The position numbers were made by a program, and so were the translations under genes. Source: Haliotis rubra (Eukaryota). Taken from it: a stretch of 64,000 bases of DNA. Shown here in pieces: positions 24,976 to 37,720 of this stretch (position 1 is its first letter; every line of letters starts with the position of its first letter). Under the pieces are notes generated by a model. It was given only the letters and a program-made list of their open reading frames with translations. It had not been told where the DNA came from and did no database searches. The stretch is taken from NCBI RefSeq assembly GCF_003918875.1, contig NW_025767080.1:2108001-2172000 (forward strand), given 5' to 3'.

Positions 24976-25325
24976 CCGCCTCCGTGGTGCAGTGGTTAGA
25001 GCGTCCGCCCGGAGAGCGGAAGGTCGCGGGTTCGATCCCCGACCGCGTCATACCAAAAGACGTTAAAATATGGTATTTGTTGGTCCCTGCCTGGCGCTCG
25101 GCATTAATGGGTACAACAAGGACTGGTCGGCTCGGAGTCAGTATAATGTGTCTGAGTGGGGTATTCATACTTCACTGCGGCATGGTATCTTAGTGGGCTA
25201 GCACTACAAAACCAGCTTAAGTCTGGGCTAGTACAAGCAGCCGCACATACACATACACACGCATGCAAGCCGTCATATGAGCGAAATATTCTCAAGCACG
25301 ACGAAAACCCAATTTCACCTCACCT
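24976..25325 (+). mobile_element. Full-length family-A SINE
   Basis: Closely similar to 12434-12794; 16-bp TSD CTTTTGATGAGTGTAA at 24960-24975 and 25326-25341. Confidence 0.93.
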
Positions 25326-26122
25326 CTTTTGATGAGTGTAATCGGGCAACATGTCTGGTACAGATGTACGTGCACACTGTGAGTGTTGGAGCTAGCTGTC
25401 TTCGCCGCCGTCGAGTGTTGTCTAGGGCGCCGTAGTTCGGTGCGCAATGCCCTTCATGGGTCCCTGGAATTGTCTGATGAGAACCATCCACATGAATGTT
25501 GGTTTCACCAAAGTGGTGAACGTCTAAGACTTGCTCTGGATATTGTTCCAATCGGCGTTCAACCCAACCGAATCTCTGACTAACATTGAGGGCCCTTTTC
25601 TATGGTATGGAATTGGTATCTTGCATCCTACAATTATATACCCCTGTGCTATCAACGCTGTGTCGGTTGAACTTGAATTCAATACAATTCTGCCTGCAGA
25701 CTCAAATTCCATCCGATTATTACTTTGTCGGAATCATTAACTGTCATAAATGTCAAGTATCTGTGTCATGGGGCCACTTGTAATGGATACAACAGAAGGT
25801 CACTGGCTCCATTTTTTGACCATAGAAAAAACGTTGAAAGATGGCACAACCCCTCCAGCAATTGACCAACATCTACATATATACGGACTGTCGAGAAACA
25901 GATTTTATAATTTTATATCATTTTAGTTTAATATTGATAACAAATGCCTAGGCTTAATAATATACGTTTTGTTTTGTCCAGCCCATTCGTCTTGTAAAAT
26001 CCCATTCATAGTGATAAGTCATAAGTTGATGTTTGATATTTACAGTTAGCAAAGTTTAGCCGTTTTGGTTTCGTGATAATTTACATTCACAAACATGATA
26101 ATAAATCGTTGTTATTTTTCAG

Positions 26123-26156
26123 GATCTGAAGAGTCTGTGCAAGAAGTATAAAGAAG
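26123..26156 (+). CDS. Annexin gene 2, 34-nt micro-exon (repeat II)
   Basis: tttttcag| DLKSLCKKYKE(A) |gtgagt; aligns with the annexin 'EIxxIxxxYxx' helix. Confidence 0.88.
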
Positions 26157-26379
26157 GTGAGTCAGCTATGCATTATATGCATGGAGGTTTTACAGATACC
26201 ATGTGTCATACCAACGTCTCATAAACAATCCTGGACTTCTTGCAAACAGTAATATTTCCATGCCACTATAGCTCTTCGCTGGCTTCGTACAATCAGTAAT
26301 ATTGCCAAAACTACTGGATAGGAAGACGCGTGCAACTTGGCAGTTTGCTCAGGTTGGATGGGATTCTCGTCAAATGCAA

Positions 26380-26468
26380 CATGTGTTATATTTGGGATTA
26401 AACTTTTTCATTAAAGATTCTAGTACTTTGTTAGGTTGAGTCACATCTGGGGTTCGAACCCACACTCT
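26380..26468 (-). mobile_element. Family-D SINE 3' fragment
   Basis: Reverse complement of GTGTGGGTTCGAA...ACTCAACC...AAAGTACTAGAATCT...AATCCCAAATATAACA seen at 54278. Confidence 0.7.
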
Positions 26469-26733
26469 AGTTGTACGTGGTCCGTGATCTAGACTACCAG
26501 TTTTTACCCAGTCATATGTCGCAGACGTAATCAGGACGAATCTGGAATACGAAAAACACGATCACTAGTTCCTCTTACCCTACGGGACGCAACTCTACAC
26601 AGAGAACTGCAACACTGAAGACGAATGGGTCCTAGGAAACATTGGTTTGTGTAGAAAGTAATTGTTTGTTTCTTCTGAAGGGCATCCTGACTCTATCGCG
26701 TATCACCTTATATATCATTTATTTAATCTCCAG

Positions 26734-26882
26734 CGCACAAGAAGGACCTGAGTAAAGCGGTTTCGTCCGAGACCAGTGGCCTGATTCAAAAAGTTCTTCT
26801 CAACATTTTGGCGGGAAAACGTTCGCAGACGACACAAGTCAAGGAAAAAGATGTTGAAGAATCAGCCAAGAAACTTTATGGA
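26734..26882 (+). CDS. Annexin gene 2 exon (end of repeat II, linker, start of repeat III)
   Basis: ctccag| (A)HKKDLSKAVSSETSGLIQKVLLNILAGKRSQTTQVKEKDVEESAKKLYG |gtatgt, 149 nt. Confidence 0.93.
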
Positions 26883-28930
26883 GTATGTAGTTTTGCTTCT
26901 CTGTTTTGTTTGAAATCTTTGAATTCTGAACATCGGCAAAGCGTCATCAATATTCTGACAATTGCTTTTTTTAAAAATCAGAATTACTATGGATACGTTC
27001 ATATCACTTGACCCCGTTACAAAGCAGTATATAAAAGCTTTTATCCCAACGGCGCCTCGTACCGCTTAAAACTGGTTCGTATGGTGTGAATGGACCTTAA
27101 GGTTTGGGGAGTAATACGTCTGCTGGAGAACTGGAGTTACGCCAAACATTACATTAATATCATTGTAGCTAAACTGCATCATCTCGGTGTGAGATACTGT
27201 ACCAGCCGCCCAACACCGCTTGTACAAATCTCATTGTATTCACCACATGATTGTATTTACGCAAACCTGCACTGTCTCTCAGACGACTACAACAAACGGA
27301 TCTCGTGTAACGTTGTTCCATCGTGACAACCCAGCGTGTTTCCACGTCAAAGACGATACTATTTAATTATTATACGTGCATAAACACAGTGGTGCAAAAA
27401 ACGATGTACCTTGAAACTACAGAAAATGAATTTTTGGAAATGTTGATATGTTCAATGAAATTGTATTTCAAAGCGAATCCTACCAGGGATCCATGTCGTG
27501 ATTCCAGTGTGTCAAATTGACAAATGTTTGCTCAAAGTGTTTTTCATAACCACGATTAAGATCCCATGCAATGTTTGTTGTAAAACAATGAAGATATAAT
27601 GTTTCTTATACACCTGTAGGTGAGAAACCCATGGGAGAAAACTGGTATCAAACATATGTGTGATATCGATTTCTAAGGCTGTGATTGGCTACTCCATGAG
27701 GATGACCTAGGGTCAGATTATGACGGACTCTTTTCCTGATGACATTTCATTGAAAAGTTACTCATGCTTCAACCAAACCTGTTACTCGTGCCAAGCATTA
27801 TTACACTTACCTGTTATTTCGGTGATTGTAACGTAAACAGAGGATTATTTTTATGTTAACAAATTCACTCATGACAATCAGAAACAAAACACTCTGGGTG
27901 AAATAAGGTACAACGTGAAACGTGTGTTGCAAATGGCGACACATAGCATTTCGAATCAGTTCCACATCTACAGGCACAGTATATCTCCACAATTAGCCCA
28001 TGCAGGATGTAATCAACTCACATTTCATCCTCGCAATACCGTAACATCAGTAGCATCATAAGTGGCAGTTTAGGGCTCTGTAAAAACAAGATGGCTGTGG
28101 CAAAGAAGAGTAGTCCCCCCTCGACAGTGAACGTCACTTCCCCAATGTCACATTCGAGCACTCGGATTACACTTTATTGAGACACTAAATATTTTTGACT
28201 CCGGGCCATCGGAGAACATTGAATGTCATCTTTTACACAAGTACAGATCTCCAATGTGCAAAGATATCCAAACAATCTACCGATGACAACAACTATATCC
28301 AAAGTCAATGAGCGACACTACAAAACTATTATAATGACGCCACACGCTCAATTAGTGTTTGCTTGCAAGATGTAAAATCACCTACGTCAAAATGGCAACG
28401 TCGTCGTTTATGGGTGTTTATTCAATTGTCATTGATCTTATCTAGTTTGAATTGTCATCATCGTCTTGATAATACACAAATGTGGCAGAAACCTTTTTGT
28501 GGAGGGTCACCTTGGAGATGAGTAATGATTGGGAAGCCAAGCGACGTCACTCATTCATAAACGTTGTGTTGTGTATTAAATTGCGGTACTATGAGAAAAT
28601 ATGAAATTGTATCTATTCAACTATGAAATGGTGCGATTTTATGGTGTATAAGAAACAGATTACTGTGCTCGTGTCTGTCAGATACCATTTATCTTACAAC
28701 TCGTTTATCAAAACGTATCTAACTCGCTTTCGCTTTAGATGCGTTCACATAAATGGTTTTCTCACAGACATTCGTGTAGGAATATCTCTATATGTATGTT
28801 CTTATTCATCTTTAGCGGAAGAAAAACCGACAGCCGCTTTAACCGATGAATTGTGTACGTGGTATTGGGGTCTTTTTCTAAATTACCAATCGATAAGATA
28901 AGGCAAATATCTAATATCAACATATTTTAG

Positions 28931-29030
28931 AGTGAGTGAGTGAGTAGAGATTCACACCGCCTTTTTAGCAATGTACAAGACACTAGAAATGGGCTTCATG
29001 GGACTGTACCCATGTGGAAAGTCGAAACCA
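28931..29030 (-). mobile_element. Decayed family-B SINE
   Basis: (GTGA)n tail, TTTTAGCAAT, AGAAATGGGCTTCA, TGTACCCATGTGG in reverse orientation. Confidence 0.65.
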
Positions 29031-31986
29031 CCAAATCTCTCTCTCAGAGTAGATGGACACTTTGACATTGTATCAGGTCATGGTACAGAACCCAACGTTA
29101 CTATATGGTTTCTCGTGTCTCCTCAGACTTGGTGATGACGTAATCGGTGGGACGCAGTTTGTGATGTAGACGTAGGTGGGTCGCAACAGTCGCCGGCGTC
29201 TTGTTTTATTCTTAGGTTTTGCTTATCGCAGTAAAGCCTGTTCGGCATTCAACTCTGTCAGCCCGCCATGTCGCTGGAATATTGCTGAGTGCGGCGCTAT
29301 CCAGCCAACTATCGTCGCTGTTAATCGTGGATCCTATGTGGTAGCTTTACATAAATTAGACTGTTTTGGAGAGAACAACTAATTTGTGAGGTTTTGTATG
29401 TGGATGAATATTCATATTTCCTGACACGAATTGAAGTCTTTGTATATACTGACTCAGGAATATATCGTGTACATATATGATGTATATTTGTTTATACCAA
29501 ACGTCGCAACTACTACTGCAACAAAGAAGTTGTCTATCCATAAAATGTGTTCCACTTCATCATACCAGCTTGTAAATGCCACTTAAGGAAGTTATGTACG
29601 TTTGCCACTACGTAAATAAGTACTAAACGTGGAAGGACCTGTGCTACTTCCAGCATGAAACTGACACAACGTGATACTGAAATACTGAAACACCTTAATC
29701 ACTGCAACAACTGTATATTATTAATATGGACTGTTTCTGGAATGCCACCTCGAAACCGGTAATTACTCGATAATGTGATTGTACACGATACAGCAGGTAT
29801 CATAATTAATCAACTCTAAAGTTGGGTACTGCAGATATATGTCTCTTGATAGTTTCTGGCTAAATAAGAACGTATTGGAGTAGAACATTTCTGTTATTTC
29901 AGTACCATAACCAGATGAAACAGACTAATGGATCATACGATTTCACATAAATAGTTATATAAATGGTCAATGAAGTGGTTACATGTAGGTACCCATCTGA
30001 TATACACATGGTTTCCAGTGAAATGAAAAGATTTCGTCAAATACATTGATGGCAGCTACGACATGCGTGCGTTTAAGAAATAAACGACAAAGTGGAGGTG
30101 TTTATCTCACAATAAAACACTGCAGGATTAAATATACAAGGTGTGCGGTCTTCAGTGGATTTTTTTTTCCAATGCAGTGTGTTAATGTACGACAGACAAC
30201 GTTCGTATGATAAACAACTCTTTTCAACAGGGGTTAAGTTTGGTATTATCTGAATATTCTCAATAACACTACAACACTTGACAGCCATTTTCTGTAAACT
30301 TTTCCCAGACAGATTGCTATATCTTGCCTACTTTTGGTTGCGATTGTTCGCCCAATGCATTGCCCAGCAACAACTCATCGTCCTAAAATATAGCGTTGAC
30401 CAATTTAAGAGGTCTTCAGGTTGTAATCATATGTCCAAATGTTCAGACACAACATCATGACAGAACAATGTTTGATCGTGAAATATACCCCGTTTTTTCG
30501 TCCCCGTCCTTTGACGTTTATATATATCGCTGTCATATATCTGGTACATCCTGCATTTGCGTGACAATCTTGTTTCGTAGGTCTGCAATCGTGTCCACTG
30601 TATCTGTAACAATATTGTCACTGTCCTATTTGTATAAATTGTAATGTCTACCGTATGTAGCAACCATTGGCGGATCAAAACCACAATCGCAACTGTGGAG
30701 GCAAGGACAGGGGACAAACAACCTTTTAAATAGTTGTCGCTTTCGTATTACAGACTAATGACAAAGAACACAACCTTTGGGACCCTTAGGAACCCTAATA
30801 CTGACCTTGGTTACAGAAAGAGCCTTTATAGTGCTGTCAGTGCTCCTCCTCCATGACTGACCATGACCTGGCATGTCACACAAATAACTGCTCGTGAGCC
30901 TATGTCAACTAGCAGAAACACCTACCCACATCAAAAACAAACAAACAGCTGTCCCCATAATATCAGTTGAGGTTCGAAATCGGCGCATCAGTAAACCAAA
31001 CAACGTAAGCACAACACGGTATCTGTCTGTCATAGTGAGTATAGTTTACAATGCCTTTATCAATATCCCATTAATATCAATACCGCCGACATTGAAACGG
31101 TCGCGTACCGATCCGTCGATTTTTTGATTTCAGAGTAGTAACCGCAATCAAGGTGAAGGAATGAAACCTATGGCTTTAGTATAACGAGCAAACACTATAG
31201 CCAGATGGCCTCTCCACCCATCCCTACATAAAAGGTCAGATGACCAGGAAACAACACAATTGGTGAAGACAACTCTAACTTGTTGTCGTCTTGAATTGAT
31301 TGTCCAGACATAAGCCTGACCAATGTTGGCGTGATAAATGTTGACCTGTACAGATAGCAAATTCATCGAGCTGAGAGTGGCTGATCTTTATTGGTCTGGG
31401 AGACCGAGGTCATGTCCAGTCGGGGAGATAAAACAAGACCCACTAATCTCCCACTCTGGCGTACATTTCGGTGAATGACTTCATGGTGAAGAATATAGTT
31501 CGGGAATATAAAGATTAATCACGTGACAAATGACCGACACAAAGGGTATCGTCTGATATGTCAAGACATATAAAATCCCGTAATGGATATTTTCCCGATT
31601 TGATAAACACATTTAACGAGATTCTGACCACCTTTTGCCCCATTCTTTTGTTTTATAATGACTGGGTAAGAAAATGCGACAAACGAAACTATGACTTACA
31701 GTCTACCATAAGTATAGATGTGATATTAAATTACCCTATACAGATCATCTTCAAGATGGCTTGCTGAATAGTCAAGCAGAGCTTGATTGAATTGGGTTTT
31801 CGTATCAAGGCTCTTTCTGGTCTGCTATTGGAAATTGAATAATTCAGTTATATCAAACAAATAAGGTTCTCCCAAATGAAATGTCGGAAGGCCCAGATTA
31901 CACACCATAACAATCTCTTGTCTAGACATGGTATTGGAATACAAGCCCGACAGAGACAAGGATGATCATGGTGGACATGCTGTAGA

Positions 31987-32222
31987 GGTAGGTTGGTTGT
32001 TCAAAGCCACACTCAGCAATATTCCAGCTATATGGCAGCCGTCTGTAAATAATCGAGTCTGGACCAGACAATCCAGTGATCAACAACATGAGCATCGATC
32101 AACGAAATTGGGATACGCTGACACGTGTCAACCAAATCAGCGAGCCTGACCACCCGATCCCGTTAGTCGAATCTTTCGACTATCATTGGTAACAGAAGAC
32201 CAATTCTAACCCCGATCTTCAC
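31987..32222 (-). mobile_element. V-SINE-like element (family C, RUDI-like)
   Basis: Minus strand contains GATCACTGGATTGTCTGGTCCAGACTCGATTATTTACAGAC (V-domain-like); homologous to 51088. Confidence 0.85.
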
Positions 32223-32864
32223 TCACATGCTGCACAGAGCCAGACGAGCAAGGGTTTGGGTTTGATGCTAATATTTTACATTTTGATAATAAATTGGGAT
32301 GGTAATAATGGTATCGATGATTCTACAATGACTAAAATATGTGCTTCATGTTCCCAACCCATTTTAGGTTTATTCGACTTAAACAGTATGCAAAAAATCT
32401 CTCTTCGGGTGAAAGTTTCCTATTACCCTGTCGTATGGTTGCGTCATGAGTGTCAACCACATGGGCCTGGTTATCATGTTTAAACGCCAGGATGTAGACC
32501 TAACTTGATTCTGTGAAAATGATACAAGACATCTCTTATGAGCATTATAGACAAGTCCGGTCGTGTTATCGGGTACTGCTTCGTGTACATATGAAACCAA
32601 GGTTTTCCGCGAACAGACTTTTCAACACCCCAGACAATGTCTGTACCAAGTGTGCGTGTATTGAATGTCTTTAAGTCTTTATTCAGCATTGGATGCCTCG
32701 TGGCCCAGATTACAAGCTGTGTTGAAATACAAATTTCTGTGTGGAAGATATTTCTGATAAGTACAATGATAACACATGTAGAAAAAATAGTTATATTGTA
32801 CAAGAAATGATAATGCAGTTTATATAACATATGAAATCATGTTACGGCAAAAACTGGGAATCAT

Positions 32865-33560
32865 TTTGCATAAAGATTTCTTTTTAAATCAATGCAAGTC
32901 CCATCAAAATATCAACATTTGTTGAAGACATAAGTTGTTGTTGTTTTCCCCGGGAAGGATAGTGATGAAAAATAATTTGGAATTAATTTTATTTCTGCTA
33001 ATATTATAGTAAGGACAACCCAAAATAAAATGAAATTCATCTTCGACAGCCATATTGTCACACTTATCACATATTAGGGCAGATCGGTCAACGCTCTCTT
33101 TACTTTTCTTATAACGTTAGTTCTGAATCTTCATGTTATGAGAAAGTATACGAAACTTCGTGAGAACAACTTTTAAATCTTATCTGTAGAATTTGATAAT
33201 ACATAAAATTCTGAAATTCGTCAAAGGCATTTAGAAGTTGGTGTAGTAATACAAGACAAATCTTATGGATAACAACTTCTTGATCTATTTTTCATAAAGT
33301 TTCTGGGCTAGTTCTTGCCCCTTCTTCAGGTGTTGAATGTCATTATCCACCTGAAGAAGAGGCAAGAACTAGCCAGGAAACGTTGTGAAAAATAAATCAG
33401 AAGGTTTTTATCCATAAAGTAAAATTCTGTAGTTAGTAATGATTTATAAGAACTATAGCGGCAAAGAAATCTTGTGTTGATTTTTTGACACCAATTCTGA
33501 ATTTCTAAACCTATGCATCGCCGTTTGAACAATCTTGGAAAATATTTCCTATCTCCACAA
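32865..33560 (-). mobile_element. Decayed CR1-like LINE ORF2 C-terminal fragment
   Basis: Minus strand LTKFRILSHNMKI...RY...ICDKCDNMAVEDEFHFILGCPYYN, the CCHC-type motif typical of CR1/Zenon-like ORF2 ends. Confidence 0.8.
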
Positions 33561-34255
33561 TCTTGGGCGATATAGATATATGAGAATTTGTACTGCCGTG
33601 CTCATCTTGATCTTTCATCATAGTATAACAAGCGTGTGGGTATCTATTCGAATTCATACGGATCAGTCTGCACCAACAGCGAACGCATTTACAAAAGTAA
33701 TTTGCACAAAGTTATGCCGCCCAATCTCTCCCAGTACTGCGCTGGATGAGCAGTAATTACTTATACCAAGGTATCTTTTAAAGCATCTTTTATTGAATGG
33801 CTGGTTGTGATTAATGTAACACAGTGATGGGGAATTGTTTTGTATAATTACCGCTGTAGGTACAACGTACGCAGAGACCAGCTGATATTGACAACATACA
33901 GTGTATTAATTGTCTTTCATGAACTTTAAGCATTGGCAAGCGAAAACAATTAAACACGGAAACCCGTATCTTGAGGCTGACTATGATATACTTGGAAATA
34001 CCAATACTGTTCCAAACGTCAAGAAATCGGCTTTTTCATGCCATGCTATGGTTCCCCAGTGTGTCGATTCGTCCAGGACTAAACTGACCAGTCGACCTTG
34101 TCAACACAGGCGGAAGAGCTACTGAAAACTGGGACTGTGGTAGTGACGTGCGAATTCTTTAACCACTGGGATACCCAATTGCTACAGCATACTTCCAGAA
34201 TCACTCCATTTGTATTCCATCGCATGAAGACGACACTTGCCTTCGCGTGACTCCA

Positions 34256-34440
34256 TTTTTATGGATAGACAACTTCTTTAATGCAATAGATGCGACGTTT
34301 GGTGTAGATGCTAGCATCTATATCAAACAAATACTACGCCGAAACGTTGCATCTATTGCCATAAAAAGTTGTCTATCCATTAGAATTGTTCCTCTTCATT
34401 ATACCAGCTTATAAATGTCACTTGAAGAAGGTCATGTGCC
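34256..34440. mobile_element. Penelope-like terminal fragments in inverted arrangement
   Basis: 34257-34310 is the reverse complement of 34333-34385 (CCGAAACGTTGCATCTATTGC...AAGTTGTCTATCCAT); related direct copy at 29495-29600. Confidence 0.55.
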
Positions 34441-34790
34441 TCAACCATTCTTGGATAAATTGTAAAAACACACTCACTCACTCACTTTCCACATTGAACG
34501 AACACTGTGTGGTATGTAAGAGTTAGTTCCAAATGCCCTTAACATGCTGTTAGTTAATATGTGTGATACAAATGTGCGATTCATACTACAGCATGAAAAC
34601 ACAAACCTTGCTGACCTTGGTATAGCTTGAGGATGAGATGGGAGGAGAAAGGAGGGGAGTGGCCCTGGTGGTTTTCACAAACTTACTGACATTCTTACAA
34701 CTAGAGCCTCCATTTAACCGCAGTACACGTTCTCTGTTCATCGTATCATGTTTAGGATGTTTCTATTTGCTGTATGTTGTCTCTTCATAG

Positions 34791-34892
34791 GATGGTGAAA
34801 ACGCATTCAAATATGACGTGGAATACTGCGCTGACCTGCTCACCACCCTCAGCCCGAGTCAAGCCAAGGCTGTGTTCTCCCGGTACAAGGAG
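34791..34892 (+). CDS. Annexin gene 2 exon (repeat III)
   Basis: cttcatag| DGENAFKYDVEYCADLLTTLSPSQAKAVFSRYKE |gtaagg, 102 nt; aligns with the annexin 'AGExxWGTDE..F..IL..RS..QL..VF..Y' segment. Confidence 0.88.
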
Positions 34893-35993
34893 GTAAGGTG
34901 CAATCAATACCCATAGGCGCAATATGGTGGCATTGATTGAGAGAAAGCCATTGCAAAATCCTCGGAACGTTCTTCATCATTTTACTTTACATTTTCGTTC
35001 GCAATTTACAGTGGTGTTTTTTAGAAAGTTTGTTTATAGAGAGCCAGTCGATTCACGACCCATTGCAAATTGACGTGCAAATGATTACTTCCTGGTTTAC
35101 TCTTTGGAAAATTTTAAAGGATTCGTTTTGTTGGAAATCGATGTTATTTGTTTTGTGCATCTGGACGGAAGTTTGCAGTTACTGAGAGATAGTTATTTTC
35201 AATATATTGCGCTCTCAATCTGTGCAATGATAATCATATATAGGCTTGTGGTGACAATGTTTGTATCAGCAGTGTTAAATGAAATGACAAAACAGGATAA
35301 GCATAAACTAGTTTTAATTTTTACACTTTAAGATTTAAACATTCCCGCTCTAACACCACCCTGCTGAACCACAAACTGTACTGTCCCCAGGCAGTTCTGA
35401 ATCATGTGATCGGCCATTTTGCGGAAAATAGACCTCGTGGCCATTGTCATCCAGAACTAAATTTGACCAGTCGACCTTGCCAGCACAGGCGGAAAAGCTA
35501 CTCAAAACTGGTAGTGTGGTAGTTGTATGTGCTTAGTGGTAATGAAAGGTGACGGATCACCAATATAGTTCTAGCCAATCCCGTGACTACTTGCGGTGAA
35601 TGCTAGCTATGATCACATGGGGTAGCGCCACCTATGTTTCTTAATATTTATACCCCCTCGAGCATCTTCCATTTCCAACATTCAAATCCGAATAATGTTT
35701 TATTACGGAAAGGGGCAAGATTTGCCGATTTTTTCAAACTATAATTACAATCCACTATGGATGGGATACCACAAAAGCTCATTATTAATAGATAAAACCA
35801 TCAGCGTGTCACTGGTAAATGTCACGCCGGCCTATATTAGAAGGGGAGTGGCTCAGATGGATGACTACAGGGGCCTATTGCGTATGGGTTGTCACAGTAC
35901 GCTATAAAGATGGATAATAGCAACAACTTATTAGAGATGAATGACTACAGTTATTCATGATAGACGGGTATCCATAGTTTCTAATTATAGACA

Positions 35994-36056
35994 CGTCGTC
36001 ATATGAGCGAAATATTCTTAAGCACCACGTTAAACCCAATTTCACCTCACCTCACC
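35994..36056 (+). mobile_element. Extremely 5'-truncated family-A SINE
   Basis: CGTCGTCATATGAGCGAAATATTC...TTTCACCTCACCTCACC; TSD TCT(A/G)ATTATAGACA on both sides. Confidence 0.85.
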
Positions 36057-36999
36057 TCTGATTATAGACAGCAGTAAACTAGCTAAATTCCTTGAAAGTT
36101 CGGCAACCCATGAGTGTTAAGTCAGGGTTTAAGCAGTATAATAATATGATTTACATCCCAGCTAAACAGATTAATGTGTAGGGATATTTGGATGGCTCGG
36201 ACCGGTGACAATCGGAGATGATACGGTTACACCAAGAAACATAAACCTCGGATAAATCTGTGATTCGAACCTACGACACGCTGATCCTGGTATTACCGTA
36301 GCCGCTGACATTCAGCAAGGGCTGGAGGAAGACTCATTGATTTGCCTGCCTTTGGGGGTCGGCGTAATTGCTGCTGCAGCTGACGATGATGACGCAAAGC
36401 TCCATCACAAATTGAGCAAAAATAGAAATGAGGAAAACATGCACAGCTTTATTCTATTACAGCATTTAATTTACACATCGCTTCACAGAGCCCATCGGGC
36501 CTTGAGCGGTTTAAGATAAATATTTACATAGTCTTACATCTCATGGAATGGCGATATGGTGACAACGATCACATGTCGTGCAAGGCACCTCTACAGTTCC
36601 TTTCAAAAACATCGCTAAAGGTCAGCATCTTGTTGATGGTCTCCAGGCGGCCGTGGTGCTATTTTAGACCCGATGTCAGAAACAAAACAACTCACCAAGA
36701 CTCGGATACTTCATGTGTTTGTTTTGAAAGCAATGCCAGCGCATACACTACTTTGTGTTTAACCGCATACTTTCAATCTTTCAAACTAGTATGGATCTCT
36801 GTGAGATCCGCTTAAAAAAGTACCGGGTAGTTGTCTGGGATAAAACAGTTACGGATCTAGAGGCACCGAATTCATGCCCTACACATCGTACGGCCCCTAT
36901 ACATATTGGTGGGTGGGAACTGTAGATTCATCCACAGTGACACGCAAGCTCTCAACCCTTTAAGCACTGTTTGTGATCAGACTGTGAATACATCATCTA

Positions 37000-37720
37000 C
37001 AACGAGTTATACGCCTGAAGGCCATTGGAATGTTTCAATCTAGTAGAACTCAGCGGGAAGCAGTCAATGTTCACAATGTATCCAAGTGAATCATTTGCAG
37101 ACTTGGGAAAGGTTTTCTGCTGACACAAATTGCTAATGATCTGCCCCTCACAACAGCATAGTTCGTTGGTCGATTAATCAGAAACCAGGCTTGAAGAAAC
37201 AACGCACAGAAAGTCAAACCGCTGTTCTCCACTTGCCACTCGTGATATGTTACTGACCAGACGAATGGAAATCGTCTGGGTGTAGGCAATATGTTTGCCC
37301 AGGGACCACATCTTGTACCACTGAAGGAATCGCAGACAGCCTCGTGTAGCTGTTTCAGATTGGTCAAGATTCACTCTGGACTTTACTGGTCGTGTCCGAA
37401 GGCGTCCCTGACAAACATCATGCGAATGGCAACGCGAGTCAACGTGAAAGGCTTCGGGGTGGATGTATAATGATCTGGGACAGGATCGCAATGACTGCCA
37501 CAACGCAACTGCTTATTGTCCATGGAAGTGTTATCGGACAAGACTAGCGACACAAAATACTTTCACCCGTAGTTGTGTTGGTGCGCCATGCTGGTCCACC
37601 TTTGAGGAGTGGACAAGACTCTCTTAGGTTGTCACTGGGAGATTGATTTCGACATTACGACGCCGTACAAACGAATGTTTGACCAGAAGTAGAATTAAGA
37701 CGAATTATTGATCACATCTC
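37000..37720 (+). pseudogene. Heavily decayed Tc1-type transposase remnant
   Basis: Recognisable FSDWSRFTLD and GGCIMIW...TQLLIVHG...KILSPVV segments matching Tc1 DDE-domain motifs. Confidence 0.65.
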
